64,000 nucleotides of DNA from positions 768,001-832,000 of the forward strand of contig JBFLYH010000001.1 in NCBI GenBank assembly GCA_040756875.1, given 5' to 3'. Each line of letters begins with the position of its first letter. Position 1 is the first letter of the stretch. Below, piece after piece: positions 31,182-42,112 of the stretch. The notes beneath the pieces were generated by a model. That model had not been told where the DNA came from. It worked only from the letters and a program-made list of their open reading frames with translations, and made no database searches. A program made the position numbers and the translations under genes. This stretch comes from a candidate division FCPU426 bacterium. GTDB lineage: Bacteria > Oederibacteriota > JAAXVQ01 > JAUVAV01.

Positions 31182-32876
31182 ATGCCTCTTACTACAAACC
31201 CTGACAAGCCCCTCGATTTTATACGCAAAAGGATTATCGAGGACGTTAAAAGCGGGAAAAACAGCGGGCGGGTAGAAACGCGCTTCCCTCCCGAACCCAA
31301 CGGCTACTTGCATATCGGGCACGCCAAATCCATCAATCTCAATTTCGGTGTCGCCCGCGAGTTCGGCGGCGTTTGCCATCTGCGTTTCGATGATACCAAC
31401 CCCGAGAAGGAAGAGATTGAATATATCGAATCCATCAAGCGGGATGTGCAGTGGCTCGGCTTCGACTGGGGGCCCCATCTTTATCACGCGGCGGATTATT
31501 TCGAGCAGTTTTACGCTTTCGCTATCGAACTCGTACGCAAAGGGCTTGCGTACGTGGACCATCTGACCCCCGATGAAATCCGAGTCTACCGGGGTACGTT
31601 GACCGAACCCGGGAAAAACAGTCCCCACCGCAACCGTTCGGCGGAAGAAAACTTGGACCTGCTCGAACGCATGCGCAAGGGCGAGTTTCCCGACGAAACC
31701 TGCGTATTGCGCGCTAAAATCGACATGGCTCATCCGAACATTACCATGCGTGACCCGACGCTCTATCGAATCAAACATATCTCGCATCACCGAACGGGTG
31801 ACGCCTGGTGCATTTACCCCATGTACGACTTCGCCCACTGCCTCTCGGACGCCATCGAAAACATTACCCACTCCCTGTGCACCCTCGAATTTGAGGATCG
31901 CCGGCCGCTATACGACTGGGTTTTGGACCATGTCACAGCTCCCTGCCATCCCCAGCAAATCGAATTCGCCCGCTTGGAACTGACTTACACCGTACTCAGT
32001 AAACGAAAGTTGCTGCAATTGGTGAAGGAAAATATCGTACGCGGTTGGGATGATCCTCGGATGCCGACCTTGTCGGGCATCCGCCGGCGCGGATACACCC
32101 CCGAAGCGATCCGGTCTTTTTGTCACGCCATCGGCATGGATAAAACCAACAGCATCGTGGACATCAGCGTCTTGGAAAATCACGTGCGGGATGATCTGAA
32201 CCAGCGCGCCCAAAGAGTCATGGCCGTGCTACGGCCTTTGCGCGTAGTCATCGAAAACTATCCCGAGGGACAAGTGGAGGAATTCGAGGCCGAAAACAAT
32301 CCCGAGGATCCGAAAGCCGGAACCCGCCGGCTGCCCTTCTCGCGCGAGATATACATCGAACGCGATGATTTCAGCGAGAACCCTCCCAAAGGCTTTTTCA
32401 GGCTCTCGCCGGGCAAGGAAGTGCGACTTAAATTCGCTTACTACATCACTTGCCAGCAGGTCATCAAGGACGAAACGTCCGGAGAAATCGTCGAATTGCG
32501 CTGCACATACGATCCCGCCTCCCGGGGCGGTGGCACACCGGACAACCGCAAAGTCCAGGGAACGCTTCACTGGGTATCAGTAAGCCACGCCCTCGAGGCG
32601 GAAGTGCGCTTATACGATCACTTGTTCTCTAAACCGAATCCGGACGACGTAGCACCCGGGCAGGATTACAAAAACAATTTGAACCCTAATTCCCTCGTCG
32701 TGCGTTCTTCTTGCAAAGTAGAACCCCGTTTGGCTTCCGCTTTACCTGGCGATCATTTTCAATTTCTTAGGTTGGGTTACTTTTGCCTGGATCCCGATTC
32801 CGGCAACGGACATTGGGTGTTCAATCGCACCGTCAGCCTCAAGGATACTTGGGCCAAAATCCAGAAAAAGCAATAA
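31182..32876 (+). CDS. glnS: Glutamine--tRNA ligase
   Basis: [41 protein letters not shown]. Confidence 0.97.
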   Translation: MPLTTNPDKPLDFIRKRIIEDVKSGKNSGRVETRFPPEPNGYLHIGHAKSINLNFGVAREFGGVCHLRFDDTNPEKEEIEYIESIKRDVQWLGFDWGPHLYHAADYFEQFYAFAIELVRKGLAYVDHLTPDEIRVYRGTLTEPGKNSPHRNRSAEENLDLLERMRKGEFPDETCVLRAKIDMAHPNITMRDPTLYRIKHISHHRTGDAWCIYPMYDFAHCLSDAIENITHSLCTLEFEDRRPLYDWVLDHVTAPCHPQQIEFARLELTYTVLSKRKLLQLVKENIVRGWDDPRMPTLSGIRRRGYTPEAIRSFCHAIGMDKTNSIVDISVLENHVRDDLNQRAQRVMAVLRPLRVVIENYPEGQVEEFEAENNPEDPKAGTRRLPFSREIYIERDDFSENPPKGFFRLSPGKEVRLKFAYYITCQQVIKDETSGEIVELRCTYDPASRGGGTPDNRKVQGTLHWVSVSHALEAEVRLYDHLFSKPNPDDVAPGQDYKNNLNPNSLVVRSSCKVEPRLASALPGDHFQFLRLGYFCLDPDSGNGHWVFNRTVSLKDTWAKIQKKQ

Positions 32877-32926
32877 AACACACCAACTGAAAAACAGCGG
32901 TTCGGCACCGCTTTCATGTACAACCG

Positions 32927-35116
32927 TCAAACAGAAGGACGCGATTTAGGCAATTCAAAGATGAAGGTGCTGCCTTTTCCAATTTCGCTCTCGACCCAGA
33001 TGCGTCCGTAGTGAAGTTCAATAATGATTTTTGCGATCGCCAATCCCAGCCCCGTCCCCTCTTCACGATCCTTTGAAAACGTTTCCGGACGCCAAAATTT
33101 CTCGAATATCTTCTCCTTGTTCTCCGGGGCGATCCCTCCGCCCTCATCCCTGACTTGGCAGCGGACCCGGTCGTTTTCGGCCCAAGCCGACACCCATAAT
33201 TTTTTGCCGGCAGTCGAAAACTTGATTGCATTGTGCAGTAAATTGACCACTACTTGTTGCAGACGTTCGCGGTCCGCAGGAATAAAGGGCAGTGTTTCCG
33301 AAAATTCCTCTTGAACAAGTATGTCTTTTCTGGCTAAAAGCGGGCCTACGGTCTCAATGGCGGACCTGAAGACCATCGCCACGGAAAGTGGCTGAAAATC
33401 CATTTTCAATTGTCCGGATTCGAGCCGCGAAAGGTCCAACAGGTCATTGATCAGGTTGACCAGCCGATCGATGTTTCGGCTGCACATTTCCAAATAATTT
33501 CCGAGTCGCGGGCCGATTTCGCCTTTATTATGCAGCTCCACGGCCATGAGTAGAGCGCCTTTAATCGAGGTGGTCGGCGTGCGGAGTTCGTGGGAAGCCG
33601 TGGCGATGAAATCCGATTTTAAATGATCGATGCGCTGCAACTGTTCCAAGGCGCTTTCCAATTCGCTCGTCCGCAACGCCACTCGCAATTCCAGGTTTTC
33701 GCTGGTCTCCTTGACTTCCTGATAGAGCGTATTGATTTTTTGATACAATCGGGAATTGCTTAGCGCCAAACTCAGGTCATGACGAAGGGTGGCCAGAAAA
33801 CGCAGGTCTGCCGGGATGTAATCCCTCCCGCTCGTTTTGGGGCCAAGATGGATGACGCCTATTAGGCGACGGTCGAAAACCAAAGGGATAATGACTGCCG
33901 CACCGACTTCGGCAAAATAAGCTTCAGCGTCTTCACGGACCTCCTGATACACGGGGTTGATCTCGACCTGTCCCAGTTCATGGACTTCATCCGTTTTTTC
34001 CAGCCATTGTAAAAACCGCTGATGTTCGGCCGGGGTGAATGTGGTATCCGCAAACGACCCATTCAGACGACGCAAACCGCGCCCCCCCTCTTGGAGCGCC
34101 AAGATCGACAGGCGCACGGGTTTGTACAGCTCATGTAAATGCCGGTTGATGTCTTCACCGAATTCTTCAAGGGTTCGTAGGTGGCTCATTTCACGATTGA
34201 GGCTCTCCATGACCATCTTGACATCGGTTTGGCCAAAGGGCAACCGGCGTTCCAACCAGGGTTTGATCCAACGATAATAGATCATGACCAATCCGAAAAG
34301 GCCCAAGCCAAAAAGCGAAATGCCTAAATCACTGGTGTGCTCCAGCCACGGGCGGGCCAAGCGCACACCTAAAAAGATGACCGCGACCGTTACCATTCCC
34401 GTTAGTATCGTCATAAAAGTCGTCAATGCCATGCGTGAAATATCCAGCGCCCGATAGCGAATGATCGCATACGCTGTAAATCCAACAAAAATTAGGAATG
34501 CCGGTTGGCCGGCAAAAAACAATTGGGGCACCCCGAAATACGGCAAAATAAACATAAACAAAACAACCGTAGGTATGACGAGGACCAGTCCGAAAAAGAC
34601 ATACCGCACTTTTTGCCTCTCGACGTTGAAACGAAGGCGACGATAGGCAAACGCCAGATTGAGAATGGCGGTTACACCGGCACCAACAGTGTAGCCGGCA
34701 AAAAGAAGGTATAAAGGGCCAAAAGCCCGGACCAAACGACCATCGATCAGTTGGGTCGAACGAATACTGGCTGGTGTGAACGACAAGCCCGCAACAATGA
34801 GGGCCAAGGCAAAACTGAATAAAACCAGGCGGAGGTTGATCCAGGGATGAGGTTGAGGAAAATAGCATGAAAAAACCAGCAAAGAATTTGCGGCAAGACA
34901 AATCATGGACATGGACAGTCTCGGCGTCAAATCCGACAGGATGCCCAGGCGCACTTGCATGTTCCATAAAAATCCGAAAACAACCCAGAGCCCAAGAAAA
35001 ACGGCAAACAGACTGAAACCAAGGCTGGCTGGGTTCTTGGGGGCGCGGACAAATACGCCAATGCCGATGCTCAAACAAATAATGACGGTCAAAACCTGAA
35101 AAACCAAGACCAGCAT
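32927..35116 (-). CDS. Membrane sensor histidine kinase (7TM-type, GAF, HisKA, HATPase)
   Basis: SHELRTP, NLLHNAIKF, DEGGGI, GTGLGL; start set at MLVLVF after GGGAGG. Confidence 0.92.
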   Translation of the reverse strand: MLVLVFQVLTVIICLSIGIGVFVRAPKNPASLGFSLFAVFLGLWVVFGFLWNMQVRLGILSDLTPRLSMSMICLAANSLLVFSCYFPQPHPWINLRLVLFSFALALIVAGLSFTPASIRSTQLIDGRLVRAFGPLYLLFAGYTVGAGVTAILNLAFAYRRLRFNVERQKVRYVFFGLVLVIPTVVLFMFILPYFGVPQLFFAGQPAFLIFVGFTAYAIIRYRALDISRMALTTFMTILTGMVTVAVIFLGVRLARPWLEHTSDLGISLFGLGLFGLVMIYYRWIKPWLERRLPFGQTDVKMVMESLNREMSHLRTLEEFGEDINRHLHELYKPVRLSILALQEGGRGLRRLNGSFADTTFTPAEHQRFLQWLEKTDEVHELGQVEINPVYQEVREDAEAYFAEVGAAVIIPLVFDRRLIGVIHLGPKTSGRDYIPADLRFLATLRHDLSLALSNSRLYQKINTLYQEVKETSENLELRVALRTSELESALEQLQRIDHLKSDFIATASHELRTPTTSIKGALLMAVELHNKGEIGPRLGNYLEMCSRNIDRLVNLINDLLDLSRLESGQLKMDFQPLSVAMVFRSAIETVGPLLARKDILVQEEFSETLPFIPADRERLQQVVVNLLHNAIKFSTAGKKLWVSAWAENDRVRCQVRDEGGGIAPENKEKIFEKFWRPETFSKDREEGTGLGLAIAKIIIELHYGRIWVESEIGKGSTFIFELPKSRPSV

Positions 35117-35317
35117 GCCAGCCTCCCGCTGCCAGTCCAGCATCCTTGCCGGCTGTCGCGCAACGGTATTATAGGCCAAATGACGTGCAGCCCCAATAGC
35201 ATTTACGAGATTTCACCCAACCCGGATGCCCGCAACAATGGCCATAGACGCTTAATCTTTATCAAAAATTGGATAAAATCCCAACGGAACAGCACGATGT
35301 ATCTGCGACCGCGCTCG

Positions 35318-36118
35318 TTACTCGCCAGCGCTTTGTTGATTGGACTCAATAATGTCTTTAAGGATGACTTCCGGATGATGATAGCGAGGGTACTGCAGAG
35401 TCTTTTTTCCGTATTGAATGGCAGTTTGTGGACACCATTGAATGCACGCCATGCATTGTTCACAAGTACGGGACCATACCGGGCGTCCATCCGGAATGCG
35501 AATATTGCGTGCCGGACAGACTTGGGCGCATATGCCGCATTGATTGCATTTTTCATCAACCCAAAACGCCCTGTCCATGTGCGGCACGTGCGGAAAAGCC
35601 ATCTTATATACGGGGGTAAATAAAAGTCTGTGCAACCACGGCCCGCGCTCTGCGTGTCGGATGATCTGTTGTTGAATATATGGCGTCATACGCCGTATTT
35701 TTTCTTCCGCTTGAATAAATCGCCGGTTCATTTCAGCAGCCGGTCCGGGTCCACCCCAGGGCAGATAATTGGTGGGCAAAACCACTTCAAACCCGGCGCT
35801 GAGTGACATCCCCTTGACTGCCATAGCCTCCTGCAATTGGATTAACGTCCTTGAAACTTGGCCAGCGTTTACAGCAACTGCAAAATAAAACTGGTCAGGG
35901 TCAGGAACCAGGCGTTGTAAAAACGACAACACCGGCGAGGGCACTCCCCACATATGCACGGGGAAAATCAAACCCACTTTTTCGGTTTGAACATGCAGAG
36001 GATTTTGCTTCATTTGGGGAATAGAGTATAAAGAGCTCTTCCCTAGCTCGATGGCAAGCCGGCGCGCCACCCACAAGGAATTACCTGTGCCGGTATAATA
36101 GAACAGCGTTGCATTCAT
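35318..36118 (-). CDS. EFR1-family flavodoxin/ferredoxin fusion
   Basis: YYTGTGNS, FPVHMWG, two CxxCxxCxxxCP 4Fe-4S motifs. Confidence 0.9.
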   Translation of the reverse strand: MNATLFYYTGTGNSLWVARRLAIELGKSSLYSIPQMKQNPLHVQTEKVGLIFPVHMWGVPSPVLSFLQRLVPDPDQFYFAVAVNAGQVSRTLIQLQEAMAVKGMSLSAGFEVVLPTNYLPWGGPGPAAEMNRRFIQAEEKIRRMTPYIQQQIIRHAERGPWLHRLLFTPVYKMAFPHVPHMDRAFWVDEKCNQCGICAQVCPARNIRIPDGRPVWSRTCEQCMACIQWCPQTAIQYGKKTLQYPRYHHPEVILKDIIESNQQSAGE

Positions 36119-36119
36119 T

Positions 36120-36953
36120 TCAGGGTTCCCTTCTCCATACGTTCCAAAATTTCCGGGGCCGGGGATCCGGTTCCAACCCCGCCTCAATTTGCAAAGCGCG
36201 CAATCTCGATTTATCTTCGGGGTGTCCGCCCCATTTCTCGACGAATCGCATTACATCTTTTTCCTGCTGCTCGGAACTGCGCGGCATCTGACCCCTGGTT
36301 ATTTTTCCCGGATGGTACACCGGACTGGGAATGGTATAACGCTCCGCTCCAGAAACCGCCACCTTCCAGGCAAAATCATCCGAAGCGCAAATATTGCGAA
36401 ATCCTTCGTCCCAACCGCCAACGCGTTCGAAAAGTTCCCGTGAACTTAACCAGCACGAACCCGTAGCGCGGTGGGTCTCCAATCTGGCTTTAAAACCGGT
36501 TTTTTCGAGTTTTTTCATCTTGGCCGGGGTTAAATCCGCCGGCGATCGGAAGAAGGTGGTGCCCAATTTTTTTTGAATCCAGGGCCAGTTTGGCGAAACC
36601 AGGCTTCCCGGATGTAGGTGCATCCATTCTATTAAGCAGGAGAGGCTGCGGGGACCGAAAACCACATCGTTGTCCGCTTGCAGGACATATTCGGTTTCTG
36701 CAAGTTTAAATCCCCGATTGACCGCGGCCGCCACCCCACGGTTTTCGGGAAAAGCGAAGTAAATCAAGCCTTTAAAGTTCGGATTGACATCCAAGCGATA
36801 TTTATGCACCAGTTCTCGCGTACTGTCCGTAGAGCCATTATCGATGAATATTAGCTTAAAAGCGAGGTCGGCGCATTCCGGCCGGGCTAAGCTAGCGAGT
36901 AGCATTTCAGTGTATTTGCGTTGATTAAAGGCGATGCTAAGAATTGAGATCAT
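36120..36953 (-). CDS. Glycosyltransferase family 2
   Basis: IDNGSTD, NRGVAAAVNRG, ADND, GGWDEGF. Confidence 0.9.
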   Translation of the reverse strand: MISILSIAFNQRKYTEMLLASLARPECADLAFKLIFIDNGSTDSTRELVHKYRLDVNPNFKGLIYFAFPENRGVAAAVNRGFKLAETEYVLQADNDVVFGPRSLSCLIEWMHLHPGSLVSPNWPWIQKKLGTTFFRSPADLTPAKMKKLEKTGFKARLETHRATGSCWLSSRELFERVGGWDEGFRNICASDDFAWKVAVSGAERYTIPSPVYHPGKITRGQMPRSSEQQEKDVMRFVEKWGGHPEDKSRLRALQIEAGLEPDPRPRKFWNVWRREP

Positions 36954-37579
36954 TGCTTGGCGAGCAGGCAAAACAGGTTTCCCGGCGTTTCAACGGGCGT
37001 GAAAGTTCTTACGATCTTGACACCAGCCGCCCGGATAGCATTTATAAATTTCCGTTTCGAATATCCCGGCCGACCTATTTCCCAGTGATGCCCTGCCACC
37101 ATAGGGGCGGTGACAGGTGGCCAGGAAAAATGCATGGTCCAGCCGCGTTTGCGGCCAAATGGCAATTTGGAAAGAAGATACACCACGCGCGCGGAATAAG
37201 GGACCGAAATAAGGACTCGGGTTCTGGAAACGCGAGCCAATTCAGCAACCGCGGAACCCAGTTCGGCAAACGGCAAATGTTCCAAAACTTGGCAGCAAAG
37301 GGCAAAATCTACTGCGTTGTCCGGAAGCGGGAGACGCCGCACATCAGCGCAGATATCGGCACCTAGTTCGGGATTTACATCGCAGGTGGCAAGTTGCAAA
37401 CCGGCGCGCCGCAGGATATGGGCCACCACACCAGGTCCGGTCCCTATCTCCAATACGCTTTGCGCACTCGCTTCCCTGATGCTTTCGATTTGGAAAAAGT
37501 ATTGAGCCATGCGTTCGGGGGAATAATACTCCAAACGGGTATAACGTTCAGCATCTGAAATGTTTGTAGATCGTCCCAT
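36950..37579 (-). CDS. Class I SAM-dependent methyltransferase
   Basis: VLEIGTGPG, ADVRRLP, QVLEHL; start set at MGRST. Confidence 0.88.
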   Translation of the reverse strand: MGRSTNISDAERYTRLEYYSPERMAQYFFQIESIREASAQSVLEIGTGPGVVAHILRRAGLQLATCDVNPELGADICADVRRLPLPDNAVDFALCCQVLEHLPFAELGSAVAELARVSRTRVLISVPYSARVVYLLSKLPFGRKRGWTMHFSWPPVTAPMVAGHHWEIGRPGYSKRKFINAIRAAGVKIVRTFTPVETPGNLFCLLAKQ

Positions 37580-38370
37580 CAGATCAATCCAACGCCCAGG
37601 CCCAGGGCTACGGCAATGATAAAAATACCCGCAACATACTTCAGCATTCTCACATTGACTTTGAGGGTGAGGTAGTTCCCCAGGGCTATCCCCCCCAGAG
37701 AGGCCCCCAAACCGGTGGCAACCAACAGCCATTGCGAGAATGAATAACAAACAACTTCGTTCGCGAACCAGGCCATGCTAATGGCATAAATCAGAAACCG
37801 AACGGCATCCACGAGGAGGCTGATGACAGCCGTCGAATTTTTGTATACGGACGCCGAAAGGCTCCCCCGGCTTAAAAAAGCCGTGCGGAGCATTCCTTGG
37901 TGTCCGGATAAACCGCCAAAAAAGCCCGATAAAAGACCGCCCAATGGTTGATAGGACTTCGGATAATGCGCCGTCCGCGTTTCCGAACGCATTTCCAAAA
38001 TCCCAAATCCAAGTATCAGGATTGCCAGGATCAGCTTCAATGGCGTGATAACCGCAGTCATTTGGCCTATCGGGAAAATAGCCCATTGCTTCATCTCGGC
38101 CAATATCACAAGCAAAACGGCGCCTGCGACAGCTGCACCCATTGCCGGAAATCCAAATCGAATTATAAGTTCTCTTTCAACCATTGATTTCTTCCAAAAA
38201 ATATGAGGAAGCCGGTTTACCCCGTGAATAACCGCCGTTACGGCAATAGCCACTTCCAAAGGAAAAAACAAAGCAAACATCGGCATTAGCACCGTTCCAA
38301 CCCCAAACCCTGACAAGACAGTCACCCCGGCGGCCACAAAAGCAGTAATGCCGATAATGAAGAATTCCAC
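37579..38370 (-). CDS. TauE/SafE (sulfite exporter/TSUP) family membrane protein
   Basis: SGFGVGTVLMP, GLLSGFFGGLSGHQG repeats, multiple TM segments. Confidence 0.85.
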   Translation of the reverse strand: MEFFIIGITAFVAAGVTVLSGFGVGTVLMPMFALFFPLEVAIAVTAVIHGVNRLPHIFWKKSMVERELIIRFGFPAMGAAVAGAVLLVILAEMKQWAIFPIGQMTAVITPLKLILAILILGFGILEMRSETRTAHYPKSYQPLGGLLSGFFGGLSGHQGMLRTAFLSRGSLSASVYKNSTAVISLLVDAVRFLIYAISMAWFANEVVCYSFSQWLLVATGLGASLGGIALGNYLTLKVNVRMLKYVAGIFIIAVALGLGVGLI

Positions 38371-38572
38371 GCCTTTTCCTCCCGTTCAGGTGGAAGCCCC
38401 TCTATTTCTCATATTTCCCGGCGGAGCTGTTTTGTTTACAAACCGTTCCCAGGTCTTCTTCCCGGCTTTGAATCCAGGATACCTGTGGAGGGATTGAACG
38501 CTCCCCATTGCCGTGTGTTCATTTTAGCTTGCTACGCCAGACTCTGGCAAATACAATTATCCGGCGATAGCT

Positions 38573-39532
38573 TCAACCTTTCCTGCCAGGCTTAAGCTCG
38601 AATGAAAAATCAAGCCCGAAAGGCCATAAACCGGGCAATGATCGCAAATGTCCATACCAAAAACGGAAATCATAATACCATGACGGTCGCGCCCGATGAC
38701 TTGTTTGAGGAATTGCGGTTTGGTTCCTCGGACAGGCCTGGCGGGGCTGATATGCGGTTTTCCAGCCTGGTTTCGGCGGAAGCCATTTTAAGTGGCGCAA
38801 CCCTCTTTTTATTCCGTGGGTGCGCTGGCGCTCCACGCGAAAAAAAGTCCTCTCAAACAAACGGCGCAAACCGCGCGCTGATAAAAAATACAAATGCCCA
38901 TCCTTGCCATACGGAGGGATTCCTTCCGTGCGCCAAAAGTCCAGAATAGGCAGGACATCATTTGAACCATTGGGAACGTTTAACAGCAAACGCCCTTCCG
39001 GTTTAAGAATGCGGTGGATTTCAACCAGGAGGCCGGCCGGATCCAAAACGTGCTCCAGAACGTTATTGACCTGAACGACATCGAAAAACGCGTCGGGATA
39101 TGCGGCATCCGCTAATTGGCCGGTTGCTACTTGAAGCCCCAAAGTATCACGGGCGAAGGCCGAAGCTGCAGGCGAAAACTCGCATCCATAGACTTCCCAC
39201 GAGGAATGCCGCCGGATCCCGTTCAGCATGAAGCCAGTGGCGCAGCCTACATCCAAAAAAGTGCCGGTTGGTTTTTGCCGAGAAAGGCGGGCGGCGAAAC
39301 AACGGCCTTTGCCCTCCTCCTGGTCGCGATCGAAGGAATAATAATCAGCGGCATAAAAATCCGCCAATTGACGGCCGGAAGGAAGCGGATGGAAAAACCA
39401 ACTGGCGCATTCAACACATAACAGCAGATTGAATTGGTCATTTGGCCTCAACTGGACCCGAGCCGATACCGTCTTGGGGCTTGCACTGGCGCAAACCGGG
39501 CATGGTATGTTGTTTTCAGTCATGGTTCCCAC
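38573..39532 (-). CDS. Class I SAM-dependent methyltransferase with N-terminal Zn-ribbon
   Basis: CPVC..CVEC, LDVGCATG, VLEHVLDP, ILKPEG. Confidence 0.88.
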   Translation of the reverse strand: MGTMTENNIPCPVCASASPKTVSARVQLRPNDQFNLLLCVECASWFFHPLPSGRQLADFYAADYYSFDRDQEEGKGRCFAARLSRQKPTGTFLDVGCATGFMLNGIRRHSSWEVYGCEFSPAASAFARDTLGLQVATGQLADAAYPDAFFDVVQVNNVLEHVLDPAGLLVEIHRILKPEGRLLLNVPNGSNDVLPILDFWRTEGIPPYGKDGHLYFLSARGLRRLFERTFFRVERQRTHGIKRGLRHLKWLPPKPGWKTAYQPRQACPRNQTAIPQTSHRARPSWYYDFRFWYGHLRSLPGLWPFGLDFSFELKPGRKG

Positions 39533-39568
39533 GTTCTCTCGGGGGGTGAAAATTCCCCAATCCCGGAG

Positions 39569-40258
39569 CTATTGTTCTTCGATTAAATCAATGGCTTCTT
39601 GAGGGGACAAATTTCCGTATAAAACATTCATGATTCCCGGAAGATAAATATCCAGGGTGATGACGTTGGCATACAGCATATTATTCAGCATATTGAAGGT
39701 CAACTGGCCGCCTTCGACATCGATGGATGTTTTATAACCAAGTTCCCCGTCGGAAAAATCCAGTTCGAAATTTCCCAGCAGCAGACGGCTGTTTGCGCGC
39801 GTGATAAATTCCGCCACTTCAGCCCGTTTGCTCTCGGGAATGGGATTTGACAGCATGGAATAAAACACCAACGCTTCCCGCTCGGGTATCAATTCGGCAT
39901 AGCAGTTCCACGACCCGTTTTTGGCCTTGTATGGAATTTCCACCGTCAATTTATCTTCGTGGGCTTTGAATATCCATTCCTTGTATTCTAAAAAACGCAG
40001 CAACGTTTTGAATAACTCGCGTCTACGACGTTCTAGCATGATAAAGTTCTGATTGTCATCAACCTCAGGGAGGGTAATCGTCTCCAAAGCTTGATCACGC
40101 GAATCACCCGGGGCGCGGGACAATTTTTTAATTATCCAATAAAGAACCGGCCCCAATAAAAATAGCACCGCCAATAGGAATCCCGGAAAAAACCATTGCC
40201 GCCACGCTTCGAAATAGGGGGTTATGAATTGCCTGACCAAGGGCATATTGATTACCAT
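39569..40258 (-). CDS. YbjN-domain protein with N-terminal TM helix
   Basis: EFITRAN..LLGNFELDFSDGE..YKTSIDVEG. Confidence 0.8.
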   Translation of the reverse strand: MVINMPLVRQFITPYFEAWRQWFFPGFLLAVLFLLGPVLYWIIKKLSRAPGDSRDQALETITLPEVDDNQNFIMLERRRRELFKTLLRFLEYKEWIFKAHEDKLTVEIPYKAKNGSWNCYAELIPEREALVFYSMLSNPIPESKRAEVAEFITRANSRLLLGNFELDFSDGELGYKTSIDVEGGQLTFNMLNNMLYANVITLDIYLPGIMNVLYGNLSPQEAIDLIEEQ

Positions 40259-40433
40259 CCGATTCGTCTTGATAATATCAGCGATAATAATTTCCGCTCA
40301 TCATTATTAAAATTATAGTACTACGCTATTACAGCACGGTCAACAAGCACAGGCGAAGGTTATCTGTAGCTTTAAGCACCACTTATTATTTATCGTATAA
40401 TTAGAGTTAATTTGCATTCGTAAGATTTCGTGG

Positions 40434-41207
40434 TCACATATTAATGGTTGTTTTACGGCAGACAAAAAATGCATAATTGCACGTTTCCAAGTTTCGACCG
40501 ATTATTTTTTCTTCTTGTTCCAATTCATGCAAAATATCCAAGGCTTCCGCATCCATACGATATTTGCATTTTAATTCCGCCACACGTTTCATTAAAGGGT
40601 GATAATAGTTGTCATACCATGCCGATTCGGATAGCGTGAAATACCCGCAGGGTTCGAACCCATTTTCACGAATATTCTCCAGGCGGGTGGAAACATCGGA
40701 CATTTCAGGATATTCACCTTTCCAAAACAGTTGTACTTCATACGAGGGGTTTTTCTTCAGCCAAACCATTTCACTGACCGCCATGTAGCCCCCATTTTTT
40801 AACAGGGGATTCCAACTCTTCAATCCGTTTTCAAATCCCATTTGATAAATGGCTCCCTCACTCCAAATGAGATCGAAAAATGCCTCCGGAAATTCCAGTT
40901 GGCGCATGTCTCCGATTTGAGCAATCAGTCTTCCCTGGAAGGCTTGGGCTTTCAACGCAAGCCGATGAATGAACGGTTCATGGTTATCAACCGCCCAAAT
41001 TTTAGCCTTGGGTAGCGTACGGGCCAGGTCGATGGTCTGCATCCCGGGACCGCAGCCGATGTCAAGAATCTTGGGTTGGTCAGGCAAAAAAGAGGCCATA
41101 GCGAGCGCTCGTCCGGTAGAAAGAGCATCTCCCGGCCCTCCCCGGGGCAGATTATCATAGACTTCAAAAAATATCTTTCTGACATGGGCGTCCATCAAAT
41201 CAGACAT
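40434..41207 (-). CDS. Class I SAM-dependent methyltransferase
   Basis: PRGGPG, ILDIGCGPG, FDLIWSEGAIY. Confidence 0.9.
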   Translation of the reverse strand: MSDLMDAHVRKIFFEVYDNLPRGGPGDALSTGRALAMASFLPDQPKILDIGCGPGMQTIDLARTLPKAKIWAVDNHEPFIHRLALKAQAFQGRLIAQIGDMRQLEFPEAFFDLIWSEGAIYQMGFENGLKSWNPLLKNGGYMAVSEMVWLKKNPSYEVQLFWKGEYPEMSDVSTRLENIRENGFEPCGYFTLSESAWYDNYYHPLMKRVAELKCKYRMDAEALDILHELEQEEKIIGRNLETCNYAFFVCRKTTINM

Positions 41208-41231
41208 CAGCAGCTTTTAACCTCTCGGGGC

Positions 41232-41273
41232 GAAAAAAAAGGGAACCCGCCTTCGTGGCAGGTTCCCTTTTTC
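41232..41273 (-). terminator. Intrinsic terminator downstream of the OmpA gene
   Basis: AAAAAGGGAACC..GGTTCCCTTTTT hairpin with U-tract. Confidence 0.8.
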
Positions 41274-41303
41274 AAAATGTGGCTCTTCCTGGGTCTCTGA
41301 GGA

Positions 41304-41969
41304 TTAATTCAGCGTCCCTTTCATCGCTTCCTTTTTCATCTTCTCGTTGGCAAATATCGCGACTTCCACGCGCCGATTTTGCTGGCGGCCCATATCGGTC
41401 TCATTATCCGCCACCGGTTGACTTTCTCCATATCCCATCATGTTGATACGGGCTGGTGTAACTCCCGTGCCAATGAGCTGGTTCCCCACCGATTTTGCGC
41501 GGCGTTCGGACAGTTCCTGATTCAGCGATTCTGTTCCGGTCGAATCCGTATGGCCTTCCACTAGGATATTGGTATCCGGATATTTGTTGAGAATCTTGGC
41601 AAGGTTGGCGATATTTTGCTGCGAAGTCGAATTTAACATGGCTGAACTGGTTTGAAACAGAAGCCCCGATTCAAAAGTGATTTTAATGCCCTCGCCGACC
41701 CTTTCGACTTTGGCGTTCTTCAGGTCTTTGCGCATTTCTTCAGCTTGCCGGTCCATGTTGGCACCAATCAAGGCGCCGGCCGTGCCGCCAACCGCAGCCC
41801 CGATAATAGCGCCCAGGGCGGTATTCCCTGCTTGCTTGCCGATCACCGCTCCGATCAAACCGCCACCGGCTGCGCCGATAACGCCGCCTTTCAAGGCATT
41901 GCTGGCTGCACAACCCGATCCGGCAACAGCCATGATGAGTCCTGCCACAAGCAGTGATTTCATTTGCAT
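41304..41969 (-). CDS. OmpA-family lipoprotein with glycine zipper (YiaD-like)
   Basis: Lipobox-like GSGC, GAxxG zipper, VEGHTD, NQELSERRA, QNRRVE. Confidence 0.92.
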   Translation of the reverse strand: MQMKSLLVAGLIMAVAGSGCAASNALKGGVIGAAGGGLIGAVIGKQAGNTALGAIIGAAVGGTAGALIGANMDRQAEEMRKDLKNAKVERVGEGIKITFESGLLFQTSSAMLNSTSQQNIANLAKILNKYPDTNILVEGHTDSTGTESLNQELSERRAKSVGNQLIGTGVTPARINMMGYGESQPVADNETDMGRQQNRRVEVAIFANEKMKKEAMKGTLN

Positions 41970-42112
41970 AAAATTTCCTCCTTGACATTCAAATAATTGG
42001 TGGGATTATCTTAACCGAAAATGATTTAAAGTCAATAACAATTCCTATTTCGGAGCTTTCCAAATCACTTCAACCGGGTATAATGGAACATAATCAAACT
42101 TGGAGGATTGCC

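Noticed and set aside
38375-38530. Possible 6S RNA or fluoride riboswitch upstream of the TauE gene
   Set aside because: Only short motif resemblances; the required pairings could not be built
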